A DNA stretch of 63,131 nucleotides, counting the filler, from Conidiobolus incongruus B7586 (lineage: Eukaryota), in NCBI GenBank assembly GCA_000697335.1. It is 8 parts of 8 records of this genome, joined end to end, with 100 filler letters (N's around TTAATTAATTAA, not from the genome) between each part and the next. Parts side by side here need not be neighbours in the genome. Positions count along the whole stretch, not along the records: positions 1 to 16,796 come from JNEM01006580.1; positions 16,897 to 25,043 come from JNEM01006581.1; positions 25,144 to 32,167 come from JNEM01006585.1; 5 more parts are not named here. The stretch is one strand, 5' to 3'. The stretch's first letter is position 1. The number at the start of each line of letters is the position of its first letter. Shown here piece after piece: positions 13,442-26,824 of the stretch. The position numbers and the translations under genes are program-made. The notes below the pieces were generated by a model. That model made no database searches. It was not told the DNA's origin and was given only the letters and a program-made list of their open reading frames with translations.

Positions 13442-16400
13442 ATTTTTCGAATATTAAATCCTATTATGTTTTATTTAAATAATAAATTTGCAGCCTAAAA
13501 TTGGAGCTAGATATAATTTTAAGTCTCACTATTTTGATGAATAAAATTATATTGAGATAAGATGATGATTATTAAGATTAAATTGAATATTTAATATATG
13601 ATACAATTGAAAAACAATGTTAATAATATTCAATAAGTTGTAATTTAGTGAGTTGAGTAATAATTACAAGGATGCTATATATTCAATTAAAAACAATTTT
13701 AAATTTTTTTAATAGAATGCAGTAATTATTGTACAAATCATCAATCAATTTACCCCAAGTATCACGAGCTATTATGGGATGAAGGTGATAGGTTAAAATT
13801 AGTTACTGCATAGATTAACAATGAGGATCTGCTAATTTAAAATCAATTACCTTATGAAATCCCTTCTACTAAAAACAATACTATCCCATTATGATTGTTG
13901 AACTAATTAAGTAACTACAAAAGACGTTAATCTTTACTTATTAACTAAAACCAGCTATCAAAGAGAGTTAAAATTTAGTATTTATTTAATATTTATTAAT
14001 CATGATATTAAATTTTTTTTCATGAATATTAATTTTAAACAAATGGCACATTCAAACCTGTTAAATAAATCATAGCTTTACAATATATCAAGATTATAAG
14101 TTTATTCATAAGTTATTAATTGACTTGAAACTAATTTTATTGTGAATATGTTATTGTAAATATAAATGATAAGTTATATAGAATGGTTAATGATTTCATT
14201 TTACATCTTGATAATCAGCATTGATATACATAATATTCCTTTTAAAATGAATAAAAATTGATATTATAGTGGAAACTATAATGAAATTAATCTAACCTCA
14301 TTTTATCAAATTTGAATTCGAATATCAGATATATCTTATAGCACTAACCAATAACAATCATTAAATAATTATAAATATTGTTTTAATGTAAATACATTTG
14401 AAATTTAAAATGATCTATGTTATTTAATTTTTTTTTATTTTTGTAATTGGCATATAATCAATAATAATTTGTTAACAATAATATTAATTACAATTTTGTA
14501 TTTTAAAGTTGATAAAAATAACATTTTCAATATATATCGTCCAAGGTCAATAAGATTATTAATTGAAGATTTTTTTACTCCTAATGATTATACTTGTATT
14601 ATATTGATGAAATATTCTACTAACTTAAATAATCATACTTGTGGCATATAATAATCAATAATTACTTTAAATTATCAAAATAATATTAGTATCTTTTATT
14701 AAATTACTTATCCAATATTTATATTTCTAAAAATATAGAGTTATTATTATTATATAGTTGATAATATTTGAACTAAGAATGAAATTCAAATATAAATACT
14801 CAAATCAGTTTCTTTCAAGTTTAATGTGATTCAATATTGATATTATATAAATCAATATATATTAAATATTTCCAATATAAATGTCGGATAATAGTCTGTG
14901 AAAAATTTATTTTTGTTTGCAATTATCTTGCAGATTTGATATCTTAAAACTACGTTCTAATAAATTCATTATATTATATTCATGATTCAATTATCACACT
15001 GATTTCAATTTCCATCATATAATTGAAGTACAATAAACTTTCATAATCCGAATTAATAATCTCTTTCTAAATTTTATATAAATTCAAAGCCTTAAATAGA
15101 TCCATGTGAATATACTATATAATTATTTTATTGACTAATCATAACAATTTTAAACCTTTAATATACTTATTCTTCATTAATTAAACTGGTTTAACAGTCC
15201 ATTTTTTAACACTTTGACACATTTCCGTTCATAAATTAAATATCTTAAATATAATTCAAGAGAATGTTAATATCAAATATAATAAAATTTTGAATACAAA
15301 TAATGAACCTTGACAATTTAATATTTCACAAATGAATATATATTGATTTATATATTAATAATGAATTTTATACTTCATTACTCAATTGATATTAATACTA
15401 CAATTCAATTGTTAAAATTTATTACCCTCACAAAAATATTTATTTAAAAATTCTAATAAATTTATATTATTATTGAATAATTCAATTTTAATCCTAATTT
15501 ATTTTGCCAAGATTTCAAAAAATTGAAGTAATCATCATCTTTTAGATAATGATACTAAAACTGGTTTTAAAGTTCAAATATATAATATATCAATATTAAT
15601 ATACCTGATTTAGTTAAATTTCTATAAGTATAATTTTCACTCTAGAATTACTTTTGTCTTATCAATTTGATTTAATTTTGATAAAGTTTATTAACAAATA
15701 GAAAACACTTTGCTAAGATAACAAACAATATAAAAAATTTGATTAATAAAATTATTATTTTTATCAATCTTTATTTAATGGTATTTTATCATTGAGTGTT
15801 TATAAATATAATGACTAAGAAAATTTTGGATTTGTTGTATAAATTCATTTTTATCAAATTAGCACTATAATCAGTCTATTAAAAATTCAGAATCTTATTA
15901 AATATTTACTTTCAATAAATGTCAATTTCATCCAAAAATAGTATATATTATATTTTGTAAATTATGATTGCTTGTTTAGGATAAATTAATATTGATAATA
16001 TATTTTAATCTATCAAGCTAGGAAAGAGTAAATTTTATGAATTTGGAGCATTTTTATATTTGGATGATTTAATCTGTTTGTGTAATTTTAATTAACTTAT
16101 TATCCTAATAATAAAGTTTATATTCTAACTTATATATAAACAGATTAAAACTTAATTTTAGGTATTACCATTCCCAGAATTCCACTGATTCTCAGAATAC
16201 CAGTTATTATTTAACCAAGGCCTTGAAAAACTATCATTTGAAGTACAAATATTTTGATATTATTATATATTAGTATTTAGTTTTAAATTCTATAATAATA
16301 AATATATTACTATTTTTCTTAATCTATAATATATAATATTAACTATATTTTTGTTAAAAGATCATTAAAATAAGTGGGAATATTATAAGATAACTTTAAT

Positions 16401-16442
16401 TATTAATCTGTAATTTAAATAAAGACTATTTTTTATAAAAGA

Positions 16443-16796
16443 AAATAAATAAATATTTTGATATATAATATATAAAAATAAATATATAATATAAATTTAA
16501 TGGTTTCTTTTATTATTAATAACTTTTTGCTATACTTTTAACAAACTCTTAATATTTAAAAAATAGTTTAGATTATTAAAAACTAAAATATAATATTTCA
16601 CAAGTTAATTAAATTTTCTTGGAAAAATATTTTTTTATAAGCTAGTTTTTTAATTATCTAAAGCAATTATAATTATATAAGTTATTATCTAAAGAATATA
16701 CTAGATATAGTATTTTTTTACTTAATTTTAATTAAAAAGTTTTTATAACTTTAAATTTACATATTTTATAATTATTATATAAAATAATAAGCTTTC
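16443..16796 (-). mobile_element. Mariner fragment (3' part), cut by a gap
   Basis: Matches the ~45175-45530 part of the full copy. Confidence 0.7.
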
Positions 16797-16896
16797 NNNN
16801 NNNNNNNNNNNNNNNNNNNNNNNNNNNNNNNNNNNNNNNNTTAATTAATTAANNNNNNNNNNNNNNNNNNNNNNNNNNNNNNNNNNNNNNNNNNNN
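16797..16896. other. Assembly gap spacer; others at 25044-25143, 32168-32267, 39635-39734, 48498-48597, 58590-58689, 60412-60511
   Basis: Identical 100-bp N44-TTAATTAATTAA-N44 blocks that place stops in all six frames. Confidence 0.97.
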
Positions 16897-19800
16897 AATA
16901 ATATTTAAATTAAATAATAGTATTAATAATAATATAATATATAGATATAAAAGAAATTTGAAACTAATAAGAATAAAATCAATTAGATTAAGAGCAATAT
17001 TACTTGATTTGATAATCAAAGATATAAACTATAGTAAATAATATCATATGTAATAGTATTTAATAAGGGTAGTTTTAAACTCAATAGAAATTATAATTAT
17101 GAAATTTTATAAGGAATTAATTATAAAATTTAAGAAAAAAGTTGAATCATATCTATTTTAAATGAAATAATTATTATAAATTGAATTATGATACAAGTTA
17201 TAATAAAAAAAATTTCATAATTAATTGATCTATAAATAAATAATAAAAAAATATAGAAAAAATTGAGATCTAAACTTTTAACCAAGTATTAGAAAAAAAT
17301 GTCCTTACTTAATATATTGACTAATGCGACATCAACTTAAAAAGTATTCTATACGATACATATGGAAAAATATAAATATTGATAATAATAAATATATGAA
17401 AAATATTGTACTTGATTCAAAAACTAATTTCTAAATCATATAATTTTTCAATAAGAAATTAATAATTTTCTTATTGACCAAATTAATTATCCAAATAAAA
17501 ATATTTTCCTGATTATTATTATTATTATTGCTCTATTCAAATCAAATTTAATATAATAAAACAACTGTTTTTAGAAAATATGATAAATTTACGGTGATTT
17601 CCAGATCCAGCGGATAATAAATTTAAATTTACTTTTAGACCAATTAATAAAGATATCATTTTGTGAATATTAGCCAAAATATAGTAATTTCATGTTTTGG
17701 GCCAATTTTCCAAACTTTTCATAGTGAACATAGTTTAATAGCCTTAGCTGAGTTAATTACTGTTATATTGTATTGTTTAAATTATTTTAAAAACAATGTT
17801 GACCAATGTCAAAGTTATACCTAATAAATTATGTGAATGATCCAAACATTCATTTAAATACCATCTTTTACCAATTAAAATTCTGAAATCAATCATTTAT
17901 TTAATAATAAAGTGTGATATTATTAATACCTGATCATAAAACATCAAAGTTTATCCATCATTTTGAATCCAATAAACAACTTTCAAATGAATAGCCGAGT
18001 TGCCGCTAGTATGCACAATAAATGTGAAAGACTCAATCCTTGAGATAATTTTCACACATCAAACACTTGAAATTTCAAAATTCAATTGAATGAATCTCTA
18101 TATTGTTTACCAATATCATGTTAAAATATACAATAAATTTAAGGAAGATATTAGCCAATAACCCTCCAAATGGATTGTTAATATCAATTTAATTAATCTT
18201 TATAATAAACTATATCAAGTATATAATCTTTTCTGAAATAATGATTATATATGAATCAAAATACAAGATAGTTGATAAAGCTATCAACTGAATTTAATAT
18301 TGGATAATTTGGAAAAAATAGATAGATTATTATACAATTGAAGACTATGTCTTCAATCACTAAATTAAAATTTACATTAATTAATTTTATTAATTCAACA
18401 AACATTATTATTTTGTATTTACTATATATTTTGTATCCTATATATTTTGTTTAATTATTCGGTTTTAAAATTTATATCAGATACATTAATATTTGTAGAG
18501 TGTACCGAAGACAAAATTTAAAATAGTATTGGGTGAAATTAATATAAAAAATTTTTAAAAATTAAGTAAAAATTACATCTTAGAAATTGTGTAAATATGA
18601 AATAATATATTTTATTACATTATTAAAATATTACCAATATCACAGTTTTTTATAATTTTTTAATTTAATAACAATAAAACTAATTATATTTTCACAAAAA
18701 TAAAATCTTTTTTTTTCTAAAATTTAAATATCCAATTTATAATTAACTCGGGTCTTACCCATTTAAGAATATGGAAAAATTCCAATTGTTTGTTACACTC
18801 TGTCATACTAATTGATCATCTGATAAAAATATCTTAAAGTTTTTAGTTATTAACGTGGATTGAGTTCTTGACCCAAAGTATGAAGATTGAAGAAGTTTAT
18901 TGAAGGTTATAAATTGTACATCATTTGACCTGATTTGAATAATTTTTTGAATCAAATAGTCAATAATTAACAAATAGTTGCTTATTAAATTTAAATTTGA
19001 ATAATTATTGTTATTAATATGCAAAACGATAGTCTTATAAATTCAATTGGTATAAAACTTGATAATTTGTTGACTTGGATTAATTATTAATTTGAAAACA
19101 ATATTCTTATTGATATGGATATGTGTTATTTTTAGATAAATAGTCATATTTTTTTTCAGCTTTATCAACTGACGTTTACCAAGCTAGAGATATTATAACA
19201 ATCGATTATAGTAATATATATTGTTAATTTGTTTATTGAAAATTAGTCACTATATTTCTCAACCATATTATTAATAAAACATTCCTAGAATCCATTAATA
19301 AACTATAATTAATTATCATAAATTCAAAATGATATCATTTTAATTATGTTATTATTGGATTTTAATTGATTTTTTTTTCTAATTTCTTTTTATATTAAAA
19401 TAATTATTATCTTAGAATTTATAGTCAATATAAATAAACATATAAATAAATAAATTATTATTATTATTATTATTATTATTAAATATTAAATATTAAATAT
19501 TAAAAAGGGTAACTATGAATCAATCTAAGATAATATACAAAAAAATAAAATTCTTAGAATTTAACAAATTAATATTAGCTAGAATGAAAAAAGTTGGATT
19601 TGATTAAGGTTATAATAATGACGCCAATTGTGTAATCTGAACTCTCCACCAAATTTAATTCATGAGTATTTTTTTATAATATCTTGAATTTTTTTAATCC
19701 CTTTAAAAATTAATATTAAATTATCAATAAATATATTAATATAATTTATATTTAACATTACTCATTATATCCATATACTGATTACCTTTAATGAATATAT

Positions 19801-20008
19801 TTTAAAAACAGTTTTTAGATTATTGATTTAAAAAAGACTAAACCTTTAACCATCAAAATGTTTAATTAATTAAAATTCAATGCATTAATTTGAATCAAAT
19901 CCATTAGGGTATATAAAGTAAGGTTAAGTCATCCGCTAATCAGTTTTTCCTTAAAAATTGGTTTATTATTGTATATAAATTATTATAATTAATATTTATA
20001 TTATTATA

Positions 20009-21175
20009 ATGCCTCATTATTTAAATCAAATAGATTTGGAAATCATATTGGAGGGGGTTACTCAGAGTCCTTTCAGCTTGCAAGATTTAAAAAAATACCT
20101 TACGGAGGTAGAACATAGCGAAGAGAATTTGGAGTTTTTACTTTGGTATCGACGTTATTGCGTCATTTATAAGAATCGACCAATGGACAATAATACGTCC
20201 CTTGGAAATATCAGAATACCCCAAGCTTGTCACAATACCAAGAGCAGTATATCAAGTTTGAGTCATTTGCAATTGAAAGAACATCCTCATCGCAGTTCTA
20301 TACCCAATATCACCAAAAGCATTGTTATACCAGACTTACGTAGTAATGGCCAAAACAACAACAAGAAGAACAGTACACTGTTGAATCAATCTATCAGTGA
20401 TTTGACGATACCGTCCCATTTACCATTCGCCATAGAATTAAAAGAGGTGATAGACACCTTCTTTTCACCAGACTCCAATATGGAACTCAATTTACCCTCA
20501 TCCATCACACTCAAATTATTTAAAGAAATTCAAAAGACAACAGAACCCAAGATCTTTTTGGAAGCTTACGAACATATTTATAGCACCTTAAATCATCACT
20601 CATTCCCTCGATTCATTAGTTATAACCAAAAGAATATTAATCAACTGGATTTTTTATTAAATATTGGGCTCATTATCGTATTTGGCACTCTAATTGTCAT
20701 CGTATACGCTCTATTGTTTGTATTTAAGGTCAATAGATGGTATCGCTTCCTCGTAAATCCCATCTGGTTCCTGTTTTTTGCAAGTATTTTATGCGCAATT
20801 TATCGAGTTTTTAGTCTGGTGCATATTTTAGGCATATTTAAATCACAAAAGTTGGATGATGCAAGTAATGGTGGTAGTGGTAATTGGGTCAGAAACTCGA
20901 TTATGGGTCGCAAGTATTCGTTCAAAAGGCCCCAGTTCAATAAGGGTAAAGATGAAGAAATGTCCATTGATTCTATTGATCAATCTGTCGTTATGAACAA
21001 TACCTCTTCAATAAGTTCAGCCAAATTGATTGAACCCAGTATCATTTCAATTTCTCCCCCTAAAGATAGCTGCAAAGCGATCAACTATTTAAAACTGGTT
21101 AAGAATCGTATTATTGTTATTAGTTTAATAGCAAGTATTACATGTACCATCCCATTTCTACTATTCCCCTTCTAA
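20009..21175 (+). CDS. RGS-domain membrane protein, Rax1-like
   Basis: RGS motifs EHSEENLEFLLW and ELNLPS...PKIFLEAYEHIYSTL...SFPRF, followed by about three hydrophobic segments, the architecture of fungal Rax1. Confidence 0.8.
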   Translation: MPHYLNQIDLEIILEGVTQSPFSLQDLKKYLTEVEHSEENLEFLLWYRRYCVIYKNRPMDNNTSLGNIRIPQACHNTKSSISSLSHLQLKEHPHRSSIPNITKSIVIPDLRSNGQNNNKKNSTLLNQSISDLTIPSHLPFAIELKEVIDTFFSPDSNMELNLPSSITLKLFKEIQKTTEPKIFLEAYEHIYSTLNHHSFPRFISYNQKNINQLDFLLNIGLIIVFGTLIVIVYALLFVFKVNRWYRFLVNPIWFLFFASILCAIYRVFSLVHILGIFKSQKLDDASNGGSGNWVRNSIMGRKYSFKRPQFNKGKDEEMSIDSIDQSVVMNNTSSISSAKLIEPSIISISPPKDSCKAINYLKLVKNRIIVISLIASITCTIPFLLFPF

Positions 21176-21467
21176 TTTATATCAATTTAAAGAATTATCA
21201 ACATTATTATAAGTCAAATAATTTTTTGTAAATAAATTACTATATTTTTTATTTAAAAATTTTAATTAGAAATTCTATTTAATTTAAAAATTAATGAATT
21301 AAATTAACTTAACTGAACATGATATTAATTATTATAATTGATTGGATAGTTTTAAAAATATTGAAAAGATCAAAAAATAAAGTATAAAAAGGTAATAATA
21401 GTCATTAAAAGAAATACTTTCTATTATACAATTAGAATAATATAATAATAATAATAATAAATTAAAT

Positions 21468-21826
21468 ATGAGTATTATAAACGAGTATTTAACCAAATTG
21501 TTCGAAATAACTAAACCTTACGATAAGTTGATCACCATAATTATTGTAGTCATTTGGATTGTGTTACGCAACCGATTGACTCGAGCCGAAAAGATGAAAG
21601 AGTTGGAAGCTAGACTAAGACAGCCCAGTGCTCAGCCCGAAGTAGATAATAGACCTTGGAGCCAGAGGATATTCTATACAGATGAAGAAATGAAGCAGAG
21701 GGAACTAGAAAAGAAATCGCAAGAAGCAAAGAGGTAAACTATATAATATAATTAATCAATCGTATATTTTATTTATTTATTTTAATTTTTATTAGTGAAA
21801 CTACTATTGAAAAGAAAGAACAATAA
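21468..21826 (+). CDS. Small single-pass membrane protein of unknown function, 2 exons (21468-21733, 21796-21826)
   Basis: GC-elevated ORF with one TM segment and a charged tail. A probable GTAAAC...TTAG intron gives the C-terminus SETTIEKKEQ. Confidence 0.65.
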
Positions 21827-24238
21827 TTTTTTTTAATATATTTATTTGAATAATATTTTTATAAAAGTGAAATTTTTATTTTAATATCAATTATATTTTC
21901 TAAAATATTTTTTCCTTTTTTATTTTTATTTTATTAATTATTGATATTTTAAAAATTTTAATTTATAATATATATATATATATAATTAATATTATATCTT
22001 AACTAATATGATTATATATATTCATATATAAATTTTTTTTAAAAATATCTATATTTTATATATTCAAAAAAAATTTGTCAATTTAATCAAGTAAATAAAA
22101 TGAATAATTATTTTAACACTCAAATTTAAATGAAAAAATAATTCCAGTATTAAAAAATAATAACAAAAAATTAAAATATTCAATATATATGATTAAATAA
22201 TTTCACATATATATTATAGGATTATGGTTATAAGTTCAATATCAATATTATAACTAATAATACTATATCAAACATTTCAAAGTTTTAAAGACAAATTTAA
22301 TTTAAAAAAATTAGCAAGTATATATATTATGAATTATTAAATCTTTTATATTTCATAAATCAAATACACTCTCACAATAACTTCAATAATGATAATGAAT
22401 TTTATAGTGATAAATTAATTTACATGAGTTTGATATTAAACCACTAATATTTAATATCAAAACAGAATTTCGTACTTATTACATGCATTTATTGAGTATT
22501 ATGGTTTATTAAATTTTGCATTTAAATTAAAATTTTAATGGTTAATATAATTTTATAAAATTGATATACAAATCATCCGTATTATGTCAAATTTTAATAT
22601 TGAGTAGCATATTCATGTAAATATTATCGAATAATTTTAATCCATATAGGTGCTACATAATATATTAATATTTGGATAATTATTTTAAATTGCATTAATT
22701 AATATTTGTAGAGGAGTGATTTAGTATAGTGAAATGATTTGAATCAATGCGATATTATTTTGATCAAATATGATAAGGATTTATAAAAATTATCATTTGT
22801 ATTTTTATTGTATAGAAAATATTTTAAATAAAATTTGATATAATGATCTTCTCCAATAATTAAATAATTGAATATAATTTGATTTAAGATGATACAATAA
22901 AGGAAATTGACAATTATTTAAAATTGGTCATTTTGAAATTTTTCATTTTTAATTTTATCACATATTTGAAATGATATATAATCAAGTATTCATTTTATAT
23001 TTTTGATAAATACAACACACTAAAAGTTTAAAATTTATTGTCAAATATTCCTAACATCAAAATGTCTCTTAATATAAACACTAAATCATAATCTCACTTA
23101 ATAAATGTATAAAGACTATTTAGTCATCTATATACTTAATATTTGAACATTTCCACATTATTTTTACCATGTTTCAAATATCTGAAGAGTTTAAAAATAT
23201 ACATATCTATAATCTGCACCACTAACTAAGATTATTCTTGTTTGTTAAAATATTTATTGATATTAACTTGTTTAATTTATCCATTCAGCCTCTAAGTTTC
23301 AAAAACCAATTTGATTTGATTCTCATTCAAATTCTCAAATACCTCAAAAATTACAACAAATTATAAAACAAGTGCAAAAAATACAGTAAAATATTAAAAA
23401 TTAATTTAATAAATTTTGCTTTGATTATTGTTTAGGATCTTTTATCTAGCTCTCAACAATTAAACATATTATATATTAATTATACAAATGAATCTATTAA
23501 TAACTTAAATAAATTAATATTGCAATTGCTAAAATGGTATTAAAGAAATTAACGATAGCAATTTAGGCAAAATTCTGTGATTTTTACAATTTAATTCAAA
23601 CTTTATGAATGCAAGATCAAAGTGCAAGTTTCAATAGCATTACACTAATAATCTATAGAAATTTATTATTTTAGTTTAGTGTTTAATTTAATAAATATCA
23701 AGGCTTGGATACAACTGTAATCAATAATAAGAATAAAATGAACTTATATTAAGAAAATTCTAAAATAAATTCATAATTATTAAACTAATATCAAATTCAA
23801 AATATAATTATAAAATATAACTATGGATTATTATAAATTTCTTAGTTTATTAATTAATTATAAATTTTAGGAAATTTTATACCTTTGGTGTATTTTAAAG
23901 ATACAATAGTTTTCTAATGAGATTATATTAAAGATAAAATATTATAAAAAATTTCAATACAATAATTGAATCTATATATCTATTTAGAAATTTCAATTAA
24001 GAAAATATTTCTTTTATATTTAAATTAATAATAAAATACTAAAATTAATTATAAAGATCAATTTAAATTTTGAAAGGTTATATAAATTATATAAACAACT
24101 GAAGGAATAATATATTCTATAATATAGTAATAATTTGTTTATTATATATTTGGTATTATAATTTAATTCTAAATTATATTTTTAATTTCAAAAAACAAAA
24201 TTTAAGAATAATATTTAAAAGAAATTTATTTTAAATTA

Positions 24239-25043
24239 TTACTATAAAATTAAAAAAATGGGAAATTTTTTAATTTTTGATTTTTTAAACATATTATTAA
24301 TCTCTAATAAAGAAATAAATACAAAACAAATAAGAAAATATATAATAATTTTTTTGATTAAAAAAATAATTTTTTAAAATTAGTTATTTAATTTAATTAT
24401 ATTTAAACTAAATAATAACTATCAAAAGTCTTTTATTTTAGTATTAATAAAACTTAATCATAAATTATCTAAAATTATTTTAAATTTACAAATAACTCTT
24501 AATAATAAAATATTATATAAAATTAACAATTTATTGCTAGGTAAATTATTTTAAAATTAAGATAAACATTATTTAAAATATGTTAAAATTTAAAAAACTA
24601 ACTTTCACTCTTATTTTTTCAATTATTAATTAAGTGAAAAAATATATTAAAAATATTATTTTATTTTAACTAAAGAATTATTAAGGTATTTTAATATTAG
24701 TTACATAAGTATTTTATATATAATAAAGTTTAAATTTAAATTAATTAATAAAAATATAAAATAAATACTTTATAATTTAACTAAAGGTTAAAAAAGCTAG
24801 AATAGCTATTGTTAAACTAAATTTACTAAGGTATAACTAGAAACCAAGGCTTTTACAATAAATTATTATAATTAATAAATCTTAAATTCTTTTATATAAT
24901 TTTTTATTAAAATATAAATCAAAGTGTTGGATTAAATTAAATCAACCTCTTTTATAAATTACTTTATATAAATATTTTTTTAATAAATAAATATTAATTA
25001 TTATAATAAATCATAATATTTTATGTTATATTTATTAAATGTT
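24239..25043 (+). mobile_element. Mariner copy, 5' ~800 bp, cut by a gap
   Basis: TA followed by the left TIR ttactataaaattaaaaaaatgggaaattttt, then the degenerate transposase N-terminus. Confidence 0.8.
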
Positions 25044-26060
25044 NNNNNNNNNNNNNNNNNNNNNNNNNNNNNNNNNNNNNNNNNNNNTTAATTAATTAAN
25101 NNNNNNNNNNNNNNNNNNNNNNNNNNNNNNNNNNNNNNNNNNNTTATATAATTTTTTTATCAAGTTTTTAAAAGCCAAATTAAATAATATAAAACTTTAA
25201 TTTAGAAAAAATTATAATTAATATTTAATATTTATATCATTATCTTATTCAAAAATTATTTTCCAAAATAACTATATTATTTTATATTTTATAAAATATA
25301 TATTAAATTCAGTACTTTTAAAATAATGATTTAACAAATTAATATAATTTTTCCTTTCTTTATTTTTATTGTTTAATTTTTTATATTATTATTATTATCA
25401 TTGTTATCATTATTATTATATGATTTTTAAGATTTGATAAAATTTTATATTAGTATGTTTTTATATTGACTAATATATTTATATTTAAATTAGCTTATTT
25501 ATATACTATATTAATTATATCATAATTAATTTTAATATAATATTATATTATAATAATATAAACATTAATTACTATTATAAATTAAGAATATTTTATAAAT
25601 GATATATTAATTATATATAATTAGAGATATAAAAGATAATTTATAAAAAAATAGATAGAAAACCAGCTTAGTTAATATATTAATTAAATAATAACCATTT
25701 TGTTTTAAAATGATTTAAATATATTAAATAATTAAATTTATCAAATATCAAATTTCAATCCTTGATAACAAGCACTGTTTTTTGGTGTTAAAAGTTTATA
25801 AATAGTATGGTAAAATGTTGTTAATAAAAAACAAAAATAAAAATTTTATATTATTTATTATTATAAACAATATATTAAAAAATTTCATTACTTAAAAATC
25901 AGAGTAATAATTTTGAAATTAATTAAAAAATTAAAAAAAATAATTAAGAATTAAAAATACAATATTAGTAGTATATAATAAAAAATTGAAAACTACTAAC
26001 TTAATATATATTATGATATTTAAGTATAATAAAATAACAATGTAAATAATTTAAAACATA

Positions 26061-26096
<36 letters not shown>

Positions 26097-26174
26097 ATTG
26101 ATATATTAGTGCATAATTAAAAATCCAAATTCACAAAATTGTTAAAGAAATGAATTTATTTTTATTAATAAGTA

Positions 26175-26713
26175 TTTGTCGAGGCTATTAGCTCTTTGAG
26201 CGTCATCGAGGACATTGACACAGCCACTGTGTAAGCCAAGTTGTGAAGCATTGTACCTAAAAATGCGTAGATTACCAATGATCGGTTCCTTAGCCATCCG
26301 GGCATGATTACTTGTAAATCGGGCGTTGAAGAGGGTGGCTAGGCCAGTAGTAGCAGTCGCGATATGAGGATCCGGCATACTAAGGAGACAAAAACACAAA
26401 ATATCAATAGGAATTGGTGTAGAACAAATAATGGAATATGACTCAAGTGGCGCTATAGGTGGCTTCTTGAGTATACTAAGGAAGCGGACTTGAAATGAGA
26501 AAAATAGGTTTTTGTTTGTAAAAAATAAAGTCGTTCTGCAGATTTAAGTGAGAAGTGTTGACATAAGTAGGCTACGATCGAGTAATTGTGAGTCCATACA
26601 AGCATGTAGGCTTTGAGATGTAAAGGGTTAGTACTTTAGTCGCGACTGGTCGGGATTGTTTTTATGGCTTAATTGAAGTGGTAGATGGCTTGAAAGTGAT
26701 TTTGAGCGACGAA
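26175..26713 (+). ncRNA. Candidate large structured non-coding RNA (~540 nt), family unidentified
   Basis: CpG-retaining GC island with no credible ORF, four nested long-range helices and several hairpins with G-U pairs on the plus strand. Strand and identity are uncertain. Confidence 0.5.
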
Positions 26714-26751
26714 GGGTATCAATCATATAACAATTGTATAACTATTCTGTA

Positions 26752-26824
26752 GCCTTCTTGGCTCAGTTGGCAGAGCGTCCGCCTAGTAAGCGGAAGGTCA
26801 CCAGTTCGATTCTGGTAGAAGGCA
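26752..26824 (+). tRNA. tRNA-Thr(AGT)
   Basis: GCCTTCT/AGAAGGC acceptor stem, D arm GCTC..GAGC, anticodon arm TCCGC-CTAGTAA-GCGGA, T loop GTTCGATTC. No encoded CCA, and a T-run follows. Confidence 0.97.

Noticed and set aside
16841..16852. Recurring TTAATTAATTAA palindrome inside N runs
   Set aside because: An artificial six-frame-stop scaffold linker, not biology. Adjacency across these gaps is not guaranteed.
26062..26094. (ATT)n and (AT)n tracts here and at ~5282, ~19455, ~40392
   Set aside because: Ordinary microsatellites. No CRISPR-like repeat-spacer pattern was seen in the window.
26142..26399. 85-aa minus-strand ORF in the structured island
   Set aside because: Non-ATG start, no recognisable homology, and it runs out into AT-rich sequence.
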